From the IMG/VR virus record IMGVR_UViG_3300037608_000250, positions 2,590-34,589 of that record: 32,000 nucleotides of DNA, one strand, 5' to 3'. The notes under the pieces are model-generated. The model was given only the letters and a program-made list of their open reading frames with translations, was not told where the DNA came from and did not search any database. The position numbers and the translations under genes were made by a program. Every line of letters starts with the position of its first letter. Position 1 is the first letter of the stretch. This document shows positions 8,582 through 15,887 of the stretch, piece by piece. The stretch comes from a virus.

Positions 8582-8784
8582 CCATTGAAGAACTGCGGCA
8601 GTCGGACAAGCAGTATCTCACACCGAACGAGGTTGCGCCGCTGCTCAAATCGTCACCGCAAGCGATCCGCTGTCAGGCGCACGCCGATCCGGCGAAGCTG
8701 GGATTCCCTGTTATCGTCATCGGCACGCGGGTAAGGATCCCGCTCAAGGCGTTCTTGGCGCTGATGGAAGGGGTGACGGCATGA
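8578..8784 (+). CDS. Small excisionase/MerR-type (HTH_17-like) DNA-binding protein
   Basis: GGAAGGAGGAG SD, and an ATGA overlap with the upstream stop. YLTPNEVAPLLKSSPQAIRCQA...GFPVIVIGTRVRIP fits the HTH_17 pattern. Confidence 0.6.
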   Translation: MTIEELRQSDKQYLTPNEVAPLLKSSPQAIRCQAHADPAKLGFPVIVIGTRVRIPLKAFLALMEGVTA

Positions 8785-8921
8785 CGCCCTGGGCTGCATT
8801 TGTGATGGGCTGTCTCTCCGGCGTCGGCATGGTTTGGCTCACGATGGCCGTAACAGGCGCATATTGCGACGACTATGACGAGATGCTCAAAAGGAGGCGG
8901 CAGCGTGCCAAACGGTATTAG
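8781..8921 (+). CDS. 46-aa single-TM peptide (below the ORF-track size cut-off)
   Basis: ATGA overlap with the upstream gene. Sequence MTPWAAFVMGCLSGVGMVWLTMAVTGAYCDDYDEMLKRRRQRAKRY is a hydrophobic helix followed by a basic tail. Confidence 0.4.
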   Translation: MTPWAAFVMGCLSGVGMVWLTMAVTGAYCDDYDEMLKRRRQRAKRY

Positions 8922-9195
8922 TCAAATCAACATTGCAGGGTTGTCGGTTCAAGAGCTGCGAGACGCCTACGCAAACCAGGAGATCAAATATCTTCGGGAA
9001 TGCAAACAGGGCTTGGAAACCCTGGTGGTGATGCTCAGCGCGGAAAACCGCAGCCTGTGGAAGGAACTGGACAAGTACAAGGAAAAGGAAAACGCCCGTA
9101 AGGCTGGAACCCTTACGAGCGAAGCGAGGAATTGTATCGACCTCATCATAACCGAACCTGCCAAGAAATGCAAGACCGGAGGTGATTCGGCTTGA
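8905..9195 (+). CDS. Hypothetical coiled-coil protein
   Basis: AGGAGG SD 7 nt upstream of GTG 8905. Charged, heptad-like sequence (LWKELDKYKEKENARK). Confidence 0.5.
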   Translation: MPNGISQINIAGLSVQELRDAYANQEIKYLRECKQGLETLVVMLSAENRSLWKELDKYKEKENARKAGTLTSEARNCIDLIITEPAKKCKTGGDSA

Positions 9196-9644
9196 AACTC
9201 AAACAGCTCCGGGAAGCGAGCGGCTACTATCAGCGCGAGATCGTCAAGGCGACGAAGGCAATCGATTGCCGGGTGGACTCCGGTTTGTATTCAAAAATCG
9301 AGAACGGTGTTACCCTCCCGACGCCTCAGATGCTCCGTCAGTTCTGCCGCATGTTTGACTGCGAGCCACTGGACATCTACGAGAAGTTTGAAATTGACCT
9401 CACCGGCTGTATGAGCCTCCCTGAGGCTCCCAGGCCGAAAAAGCGGGACAGGCATAGGATTACTCGGAAAGCGACGTTTCGTTTGTCTGAGTGGGCTTGC
9501 AAGTCGTTAGAAATGCACAGGCTGCGTGCGCTTGGATATTTGACCAAATCGGACTGGTTCTACGACCAGATTCGAAAGACCAACCGGGCGTATGCGGAGA
9601 TCGTGAAGCGGCAGCATCAGGCGGCGCAGAAAAGACCGGGGTAA
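9192..9644 (+). CDS. HTH (XRE-like) domain protein
   Basis: MKLKQLREASGYYQREIVKATKAIDCRVDSGLYSKIENGVTLPTPQMLRQFCRMFDCEPLDIY. The start overlaps the upstream stop. Confidence 0.6.
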   Translation: MKLKQLREASGYYQREIVKATKAIDCRVDSGLYSKIENGVTLPTPQMLRQFCRMFDCEPLDIYEKFEIDLTGCMSLPEAPRPKKRDRHRITRKATFRLSEWACKSLEMHRLRALGYLTKSDWFYDQIRKTNRAYAEIVKRQHQAAQKRPG

Positions 9645-9667
9645 GCTAACCGCCATTGGAGAAAGAA

Positions 9668-10342
9668 ATGATCATTGCGGGCAGAATCAGAGACTATGAT
9701 CCCGATCAGCGTGTGCTTCGTATCGACGCGCCGTTTGAGAACGTTGCTGATTTTGCCCGCAAAAAGTATGAAGAGGTCGAGGTACACCTTCACGACGGCC
9801 GCAATATCAGCCCGAGGCAAAGAGCCAAGGCGTGGGCAATCGTCGCGGATATCTGCCGCTGGTCCGGATACGGAATCCGGGACGAGGCCGAGGACGTCAA
9901 CGAGACCCTCAAAGCGTACTTCTGCGCAGAAAGAGGGATTGACCCGTTTTCTCTGGCCAACACGGACATGACAACAGCAAGGGGGTATATCAACTATCTG
10001 ATCGACTTTGTGTTGGCCTATGATGTTCCCTGCCTCGACAGGCTGCTTAACCGGACGGACGACATCGACGCGACGCTCTATGCTCACCTGTACCACAGCA
10101 AATGCGTCATCTGCGGCAAGAAGGCCGTGGTCCATCATTGCGACACCGTTGGCATGGGCAGGGACCGTGAAGAGATTGTGCACGTCGGCATGCGTGCCAT
10201 GGCACTGTGCTCGGGAGAGAAAGGACATCATGGAGAAGTACATCGAATTGGCCAAAAGACTTTTGAAGAGAAGTATCACGTTTACGGCATTGCGCTGGAT
10301 GAGATTTTGGTAAAGAGACTATCGCTCGGGAAGAGCGCGTAG
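9668..10342 (+). CDS. Phage HNH/zinc-binding protein (DUF968-like)
   Basis: GGAG SD 7 nt before ATG 9668. C-terminal CVICGKKAVVHHCDTVGMGRDR...ALCSGEKGHHGEVHRIG is a CxxC...HH...H...H signature. The family name is from memory only. Confidence 0.55.
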   Translation: MIIAGRIRDYDPDQRVLRIDAPFENVADFARKKYEEVEVHLHDGRNISPRQRAKAWAIVADICRWSGYGIRDEAEDVNETLKAYFCAERGIDPFSLANTDMTTARGYINYLIDFVLAYDVPCLDRLLNRTDDIDATLYAHLYHSKCVICGKKAVVHHCDTVGMGRDREEIVHVGMRAMALCSGEKGHHGEVHRIGQKTFEEKYHVYGIALDEILVKRLSLGKSA

Positions 10343-10962
10343 CGGATCCACGACCGATTATGAAAGGGATGAAGATGCAAAGAGATTCAATTGGTCAGCA
10401 GCATAGACGTTCGCCGAATTTACGGAGTGCACACCTCACGTTGCCGCGAGGCAGGGCGATGAGTCACCTCTCTCTGGACTGCGCTCATTCGTGGCGCGTT
10501 TTCTTTGGCGTACTGCACAGCAGTGTTCAACACCTGAGCACTGGGGCTATTCAGGACGCGGACGACTTCGCAACTTATCTTTGGTTTGGTGGACATTTGG
10601 GCGCTGTACATCCGATTTTGTTACTCCGCCAAACTGCGGCGTGGCAAGGTCGTTTCCGCCTTGCTCTCACGATTGCCCGTGAGGTCAGACTGTGCCTTCA
10701 ACCCGGTGGGTTGCTCCGTGTCCAGTCGTTACACCTTCCATCATGGGCTTGGCTCGGCGTTATCTATGCTGCTGATTAATTGATAATATCACATATGGAA
10801 GAACTAAGTGCAGCAAGCTTTAGAGGTTTGCAGATATATGCGAACAGGCAGCTCGGAATCAAATGTGAAGCAGACAAGGAACGCCGGCGTAATCAGTGAC
10901 CTTCTTGGGTCGTACTTTCATGCCGGTACCGTTACCAGTCCAAGTATTTCGGGGGAACGCCA

Positions 10963-11607
10963 ATGCCAACAGGGATCTATGTTCCATGTTATAGCACGAT
11001 GCGTACGCATCGAAAAACATATATGCTTGCCGAGATACTCGGCATTGAAAACTACGCCGCGGTGGGTCTTGTGATGTGCCTTTCAACCTGGGCTGCTGAT
11101 TACGCACAGGATGGCATACTAAGTGCTTTTCCTCCGCGCGCGATCGCTGAAGCGGTTGGTTGGCGTAAGAGTCCGCAGAAGTTGATTGATGCGCTGATCG
11201 ACAGCGGGTATGTCGATCGAAACGACGAGGAACTCTCATTGCACGATTTCCAAGATTATGCCGGCAAGTTGCATGAAAAACGCGAATCTGAAAAGACACG
11301 TTTAAAAAACTACCGCGTACAAGTCAAGAACGGAGACCGTACAGATAACGTACATGTACGGAACGAATACGATACGCCCCCCGTACAAAAAACGTCGGAC
11401 GTAATAGAAGAGAAGAGAATAGAAACATTAACAGATAGGGATACGCTCTTACGTGCGCGCGAGGAAGCGTCCAAAATTATTGGGGTTTTCCCTGCTTTTC
11501 CCACAGGTATTGCACAGGATATTCACAATGACGCTTTGGCCTATGTAAAACAGGTCAAGGAAAACCTTCGCAAACAGCTTGATGAAAAGGTGGATGCAGC
11601 CAGATGA
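10963..11607 (+). CDS. Putative replisome-organiser/DnaD-like replication protein
   Basis: GGGGGAA SD. The N-terminal layout (LAEILGIENYAAVGLVMCLSTWAADYAQDGIL...AIAEAVGW...LIDALIDSGYVD) resembles phage replisome-organiser N-terminal domains. Weak, pattern-level call. Confidence 0.4.
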   Translation: MPTGIYVPCYSTMRTHRKTYMLAEILGIENYAAVGLVMCLSTWAADYAQDGILSAFPPRAIAEAVGWRKSPQKLIDALIDSGYVDRNDEELSLHDFQDYAGKLHEKRESEKTRLKNYRVQVKNGDRTDNVHVRNEYDTPPVQKTSDVIEEKRIETLTDRDTLLRAREEASKIIGVFPAFPTGIAQDIHNDALAYVKQVKENLRKQLDEKVDAAR

Positions 11608-12113
11608 AAAGCATCCTCCTGTTCCTATGCCTTGCAATATCAATCAATCCAACAGACACGCATTTGTCATCAAACGCCAATGTTGATCTCGAGAAAGCAT
11701 CGGCAGAGATCCGCAATGAGTATCAAGATCGGATCGAGATCGATATGCTTGCTAAGCTGCTCTACACCGAAGCGCGGGGCGTCAAGAGTGACACCGAGAA
11801 GGCGGCTGTCGTGTGGTGTGTGCTCAACCGGGTAGATGATCCGCGATGGCCGAACACGATTGCCGGCGTGATCCGGCAGAAGCACCAGTTTGCCTGGCGT
11901 ATACGAGCCCCGGTCATTGCTGAATTGCGTGAACTGGCGCTTGATGTCGTGGTCAGATGGGAACTCGAACGGCGAGGTTGGGAAGATATCGGGCGGGTAC
12001 TGCCGAAGGACTATGTGTTCTTCTCCGGCTGCCGTGGAAGGAATTGGTTTAGGACGAGCTACCGAGGACGCAGATCGTGGGACTGGTCGCTGCCGTCTCC
12101 GTATGCGGACTGA
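11604..12113 (+). CDS. Secreted cell-wall hydrolase domain protein (SleB/CwlJ, Hydrolase_2-like)
   Basis: Signal-peptide-like N-terminus MKSILLFLCLAISI. Core LLAKLLYTEARGV...EKAAVVWCVLNRVDDPRWPNTIAGVIRQKHQFAW matches the SleB-type domain. Confidence 0.7.
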   Translation: MKSILLFLCLAISINPTDTHLSSNANVDLEKASAEIRNEYQDRIEIDMLAKLLYTEARGVKSDTEKAAVVWCVLNRVDDPRWPNTIAGVIRQKHQFAWRIRAPVIAELRELALDVVVRWELERRGWEDIGRVLPKDYVFFSGCRGRNWFRTSYRGRRSWDWSLPSPYAD

Positions 12114-12131
12114 ATGGAGTAGGAGGGCATT

Positions 12132-13229
12132 GTGAACGGAAACATGATCTTAACCTGCGACGTGATGGATGGGCTTTCACAGTTGACGGCAAAATCCGTC
12201 CATTGTTGCGTTACCTCTCCTCCCTACTACGGTCTCCGGGACTATGGCGTTGACGGACAAATCGGACTGGAGGCGACGCTGCAAGAGTATATAAACAAGC
12301 TTGTCACGGTGTTTCGTGAAGTGAGGCGGGTGCTTCGAGACGAGGGAGTATTGTTTCTGAACCTCGGTGATTCGTATGCCGGTTCGGGAATGGGCGCCGC
12401 GAACTATCTTGACAGCGCGACTGATAAACAGAAATCAAACATCGGAAGCATGGCGGTAAAGGGACGCGGTGGCAATACATATGGGTTGAAGCCAAAGGAT
12501 TTAATGGGAATCCCGTGGCGTGTCGCTTTTGCATTGCAAGCCGATGGATGGTATTTACGACAGGATATCATTTGGCACAAACCTAATCCCATGCCCGAGA
12601 GTGTCCATGATCGCTGTACAAAGGCGCATGAGTATCTTTTTCTTTTGTCAAAAAATGCGAGGTACTACTTCGATGCGCAAGCTATTAAAGAGCATGCAGT
12701 CGGGTTTAACAACGATCCAATCGCGGGTAGTAAGGGAGCATTTGGACCACCTCAAAACAGACGGAGAATGCATGTCCCATCAGGCTGGGATATCGATAAG
12801 GGATCTCATGGAGCATTTCATAAAGAAGGTCGTCGAAAGGGCAATGCAAAAACGTTTCGCGGAGGCGGCGCGTACATTGTGAGACGGTCATTTGATAACG
12901 ATGGCGTAGTGGCGCGGGAGAGTCATGGCAATGAACGGAACGAAACAGGCTTGCGGAACAAGCGCAGTGTCTGGACCGTCGCTTCCCATCCATACGCAGA
13001 GGCGCACTTCGCAACCTTTCCAACAAAGCTGATCGAACCGTGCATCTTGGCTGGTAGTCCAAAGAGTGGCATAGTACTCGATCCCTTTTTTGGAAGCGGA
13101 ACGACCGGCGAGGTCGCAATAAAGTACGGACGCGAATGCATTGGCATTGAACTAAATCCGACGTATGTCGAACTGGCGCGAAAGAGAATATCTGCGGTTC
13201 AGATTTCGTTGATGCAAGGAGGCAATTGA
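12132..13229 (+). CDS. Orphan beta-class DNA methyltransferase (N6_N4_Mtase family; the SPPY motif suggests N4-cytosine or N6-adenine)
   Basis: Motif IV CVTSPPYYGLRDYG is N-terminal and motif I VLDPFFGSGTTGEVA is C-terminal. GGAGGG SD. No cognate nuclease lies adjacent. Confidence 0.85.
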   Translation: MNGNMILTCDVMDGLSQLTAKSVHCCVTSPPYYGLRDYGVDGQIGLEATLQEYINKLVTVFREVRRVLRDEGVLFLNLGDSYAGSGMGAANYLDSATDKQKSNIGSMAVKGRGGNTYGLKPKDLMGIPWRVAFALQADGWYLRQDIIWHKPNPMPESVHDRCTKAHEYLFLLSKNARYYFDAQAIKEHAVGFNNDPIAGSKGAFGPPQNRRRMHVPSGWDIDKGSHGAFHKEGRRKGNAKTFRGGGAYIVRRSFDNDGVVARESHGNERNETGLRNKRSVWTVASHPYAEAHFATFPTKLIEPCILAGSPKSGIVLDPFFGSGTTGEVAIKYGRECIGIELNPTYVELARKRISAVQISLMQGGN

Positions 13230-13490
13230 ATGAATCTCTACAAAGTTCAAAACGGGGATGAGGAATGTTGTGTATTCGTGTTCGCGAAATCGAGGGGCAG
13301 AGCGAAAGTGCTGTTTTCAGAGTATTTTGAGGGTTGGGGCTGGGGCGCTCACAAGAATGATCTCTTTCTGGCTGCAAGAACGAAGCTGATGAGCAAGGAC
13401 GTTGGAGGCAGCGAGGAAGTATGCGACGAAGACTGCAGAAGATTGGCTGCGCTGGGGATCTGCTTCCTGCCCGACATGGAGTGCGACTAG
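13230..13490 (+). CDS. Hypothetical protein (86 aa)
   Basis: Starts 1 nt after the methyltransferase stop. No family recognised. Confidence 0.45.
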   Translation: MNLYKVQNGDEECCVFVFAKSRGRAKVLFSEYFEGWGWGAHKNDLFLAARTKLMSKDVGGSEEVCDEDCRRLAALGICFLPDMECD

Positions 13491-13491
13491 C

Positions 13492-14541
13492 ATGAACAAA
13501 ACGAAAATCGATTGGGCAGATATGACATGGAATCCCGTAACCGGATGCCTGCACGGTTGCGAATACTGCTATGCACGGAGAATCGCTCAGAGGTTTGGCA
13601 ATAGCATCATTACGCCTGAAGAAGCAAAAAGCATGATGGAAATTGTCCTCGGTTATGAAGAAGGCGTCGAATTCGAGATAAGCAGAAGCGGTGTGGCTCT
13701 TAGTAAGCCTGTTCATTCGTTTGAAACAAAAGTGGCGTATCCCTTTGGGTTTGCGCCTACGTTTCATCGATACCGCCTGAAGGAACCGCAGCACATAAAA
13801 AAGCCGCAGAGGATCTTCGTTTGTTCAATGGCGGATCTGTTCGGCGACTGGGTTTCTGATCAATGGGTTCATGAGGTGTTTACCGCGTGCGAGAAGGCGC
13901 CATGGCACCAGTATCTGTTTTTAACAAAGAACGGAGAGAGATATGAGCAATTAGGGCTCCTTCCGGACAAAGACAATTTCTGGTATGGAACAACGCGCAC
14001 AGGCGCTTCATCGAGACTTGAGCACGGAGCATCAGACCATGGAAATACGTTCTTGTCGATTGAGCCTATTCTTGCGCCGCTGGATGAAGTAACTCTTGGA
14101 GCTATTGAGTTCTGGGACTGGGTCATCATTGGCGCGGAAACCGGCAGCCGCAAAGGCAAGGTGAATCCGAAGCGGGAGTGGGTCGAGCGCATTGCAAACA
14201 CCTGCCTTGCTGCGGAAGTACCGGTATTCATGAAATCAACGTTTCGGGAACTCATGGGCAAGGACTTCATTCAGCAGACACCGTGGGATAGGTTATCGAA
14301 AGAATCGGCGAGGGAGGAAAAAGGTAGAGCGTCATCAGTCCATGACCGCATAGCACCTGAATGCGCCGGCATCGTGAGCGTCGCGGTCAAGCGCGATATC
14401 CCCGGCAAGTTCCATATCCTGCAGCAGCTTGAACACGTAAAGGACATCCAGCCGGGAGTGCTTTGCGACATCGACGACATTGATGCCCGGCCGGTCCATG
14501 ACGATATTGTAGAGGCGAAGTTCGAAAGTGTTCATGGATGA
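13492..14541 (+). CDS. Phage Gp37/Gp68 family protein (DUF5131) with a CX3CX2C cluster and an unusually long C-terminal tail
   Basis: MNKTKIDWADMTWNPVTGCLHGCEYCYARR is the family's signature N-terminus. The domain appears to end near ...VPVFMKS...TPWD (~14290), yet the frame stays open to 14541. I prefer ATG 13492 over the ORF-track start at 13402. Confidence 0.7.
   Translation: MNKTKIDWADMTWNPVTGCLHGCEYCYARRIAQRFGNSIITPEEAKSMMEIVLGYEEGVEFEISRSGVALSKPVHSFETKVAYPFGFAPTFHRYRLKEPQHIKKPQRIFVCSMADLFGDWVSDQWVHEVFTACEKAPWHQYLFLTKNGERYEQLGLLPDKDNFWYGTTRTGASSRLEHGASDHGNTFLSIEPILAPLDEVTLGAIEFWDWVIIGAETGSRKGKVNPKREWVERIANTCLAAEVPVFMKSTFRELMGKDFIQQTPWDRLSKESAREEKGRASSVHDRIAPECAGIVSVAVKRDIPGKFHILQQLEHVKDIQPGVLCDIDDIDARPVHDDIVEAKFESVHG
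14335..14535 (-). CDS. Possible 66-aa winged-helix protein, antisense to the tail of the Gp37/Gp68 ORF
   Basis: MNTFELRLYNIVMDRPGINVVDVAKHSRLDVLYVFKLLQDMELAGDIAL reads like a wHTH, but no SD lies upstream. It is mutually exclusive with, or overlaps, the plus-strand reading. Confidence 0.3.
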   Translation of the reverse strand: MNTFELRLYNIVMDRPGINVVDVAKHSRLDVLYVFKLLQDMELAGDIALDRDAHDAGAFRCYAVMD

Positions 14542-14661
14542 AGTATAGCCAGATCAATGCATCAAAATCGGGTCAACAGTGAACAGGGAGGCAGAGGATT
14601 GATTTTGCAGGATATCAGAAACAAAAGGCTCAAGATAGAATACATAAAGTAACGCATCGCT

Positions 14662-14991
14662 TTGCTTCGTTCAGCCATGGAGGTCGGCGAGCGCAGGTTG
14701 AGGGTGGCACCATCAAAGACGGCAGCGAGAACTAAGCTCGAGGATGATATGGCCAAATTGGATGAATTGGAGAGAGCGCTAATCAGCGAGGTTATTTTAT
14801 ATGAAGACATGATTAGAGATGTTGATGACCATATTGGAGAGATGCCCAAACTCGCTAGCCAAATTCTTTCTCTCCGTGTGATTAAAGCATTAAACTGGGC
14901 AAAAATAGCAAAAGCAACGGACTATAGTGTAAGACAGTGCCAAAGAATATATTCGACATATTCAGAAAAAGTGTTTGTTAAAGGAGAATAA
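14662..14991 (+). CDS. Sigma-70 region-4-like phage transcription regulator (DUF1492-like); the ancestral ORF probably starts at TTG 14599
   Basis: C-terminus PKLASQILSLRVIKALNWAKIAKATDYSVRQCQRIY is a region-4-type HTH. An in-frame upstream segment with a GGGAGG SD (14585-14590) is separated from it only by TAA 14650-14652. Confidence 0.6.
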   Translation: MLRSAMEVGERRLRVAPSKTAARTKLEDDMAKLDELERALISEVILYEDMIRDVDDHIGEMPKLASQILSLRVIKALNWAKIAKATDYSVRQCQRIYSTYSEKVFVKGE

Positions 14992-15044
14992 CTATTGGGA
15001 TTCAAACGTTCCCAGGAAGATATCCCTTACATGATAAAAAATAC

Positions 15045-15081
15045 TTGAAAAAAATCTCCCTATAAATTATAATAAATTATA
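15045..15081 (+). promoter_or_regulatory. Consensus sigma-70/SigA promoter with an overlapping tandem repeat (possible operator)
   Basis: TTGAAA (15045-15050), a 17-nt spacer, then TATAAT (15068-15073). ATAAATTATA occurs twice in tandem (15062-15081). It lies about 45 nt upstream of the DUF4258 gene. Confidence 0.55.
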
Positions 15082-15117
15082 GTATTTTATAATATTTATA
15101 AAAAGGGGGAAGATAGC

Positions 15118-15435
15118 TTGTGCCAAATTGCCATAGAATGGATAAGAAAACAAGTTCAAAAATATGATTATATGCCCTCGCAACATGCTATTGGACGAAT
15201 GGGAGAAAGACAGATTACGTTTGAGCAGATAGAAGATTGCATACTCAATGGTGATGTCGTTGAATGTAATGACTTCCCCGATCAGGACGTTTGTATTGTC
15301 TTCAAACCAAGAGGACGAAATGATTACTATGTAGTTGTTGCGGCTACACTTCCCTGCACAATAGTTACAGTATGCAATCCGAGACCAGACTGCTGGATTC
15401 TTGAACATCAGACTATGATGAGGAGAAAAAAATGA
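15118..15435 (+). CDS. DUF4258-family protein (putative toxin component)
   Basis: AAAGGGGGA SD. MPSQHAIGRMGERQITFEQIEDCILNGDVVE fits the DUF4258 H-A..R..ER.I core. It overlaps the next gene by 4 nt. Confidence 0.7.
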   Translation: MCQIAIEWIRKQVQKYDYMPSQHAIGRMGERQITFEQIEDCILNGDVVECNDFPDQDVCIVFKPRGRNDYYVVVAATLPCTIVTVCNPRPDCWILEHQTMMRRKK

Positions 15436-15887
15436 ATAACATCAAATGCCATATCTGCAATACCGAAATGGAAGCAAAGGAGACTTCAATTTCTGCGGGT
15501 TGGGGGAAATACAAGGTAGATATAAGTGGCGTTACCGGATACGTATGTCCAAATTGCGGAGAGGTCATCTATTCTTCTGAGGAAGCTAAAATGATCCTAA
15601 AACTTGGTCAGGAAATGTCAGCTTTAAACAATCCGCCTGACTTATTAAATATTTCTGAAGTTGCGGATCTTTTACGGGTCAGTCAGCAAACAATTTACAA
15701 TAAAATTCGGGATGGAAGTCTAAAAGCAAGGAAGATAGGTCGTGAATGGCGATTCTTTAGAAAGGATATTCAAGCTTATCTTGATGAACCGAGCTTCGGC
15801 AATGCTCTGCTTGCAGCAAGAAACAGTGGGGATGCAATAACCCAAAAGGATCAAGAAGTCATCAAGCGCGAGATGGAGGATATGTAG
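15432..15887 (+). CDS. Zinc-ribbon (YgiT/MqsA-type) + HTH_17 DNA-binding protein (putative antitoxin/regulator)
   Basis: CHICNTEM...YVCPNCGEVIYSSEEA is a CxxC...CxxC ribbon. The C-terminus LLNISEVADLLRVSQQTIYNKIRDGSLKARKIGREWRF is an excisionase-type HTH. Confidence 0.75.
   Translation: MNNIKCHICNTEMEAKETSISAGWGKYKVDISGVTGYVCPNCGEVIYSSEEAKMILKLGQEMSALNNPPDLLNISEVADLLRVSQQTIYNKIRDGSLKARKIGREWRFFRKDIQAYLDEPSFGNALLAARNSGDAITQKDQEVIKREMEDM

Noticed and set aside
9617-10279. A 220-aa minus-strand ORF.
   Set aside because: It is antisense to the HNH/DUF968-like gene, which has an SD, a start codon and a Cys/His motif. The minus-strand translation shows no recognisable pattern.
12706-13794. A 362-aa minus-strand ORF.
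   Set aside because: It is antisense to the methyltransferase and Gp37/Gp68 genes, both of which carry unambiguous catalytic motifs. It has a junk-like Arg/Cys/Ser-rich sequence and no SD.
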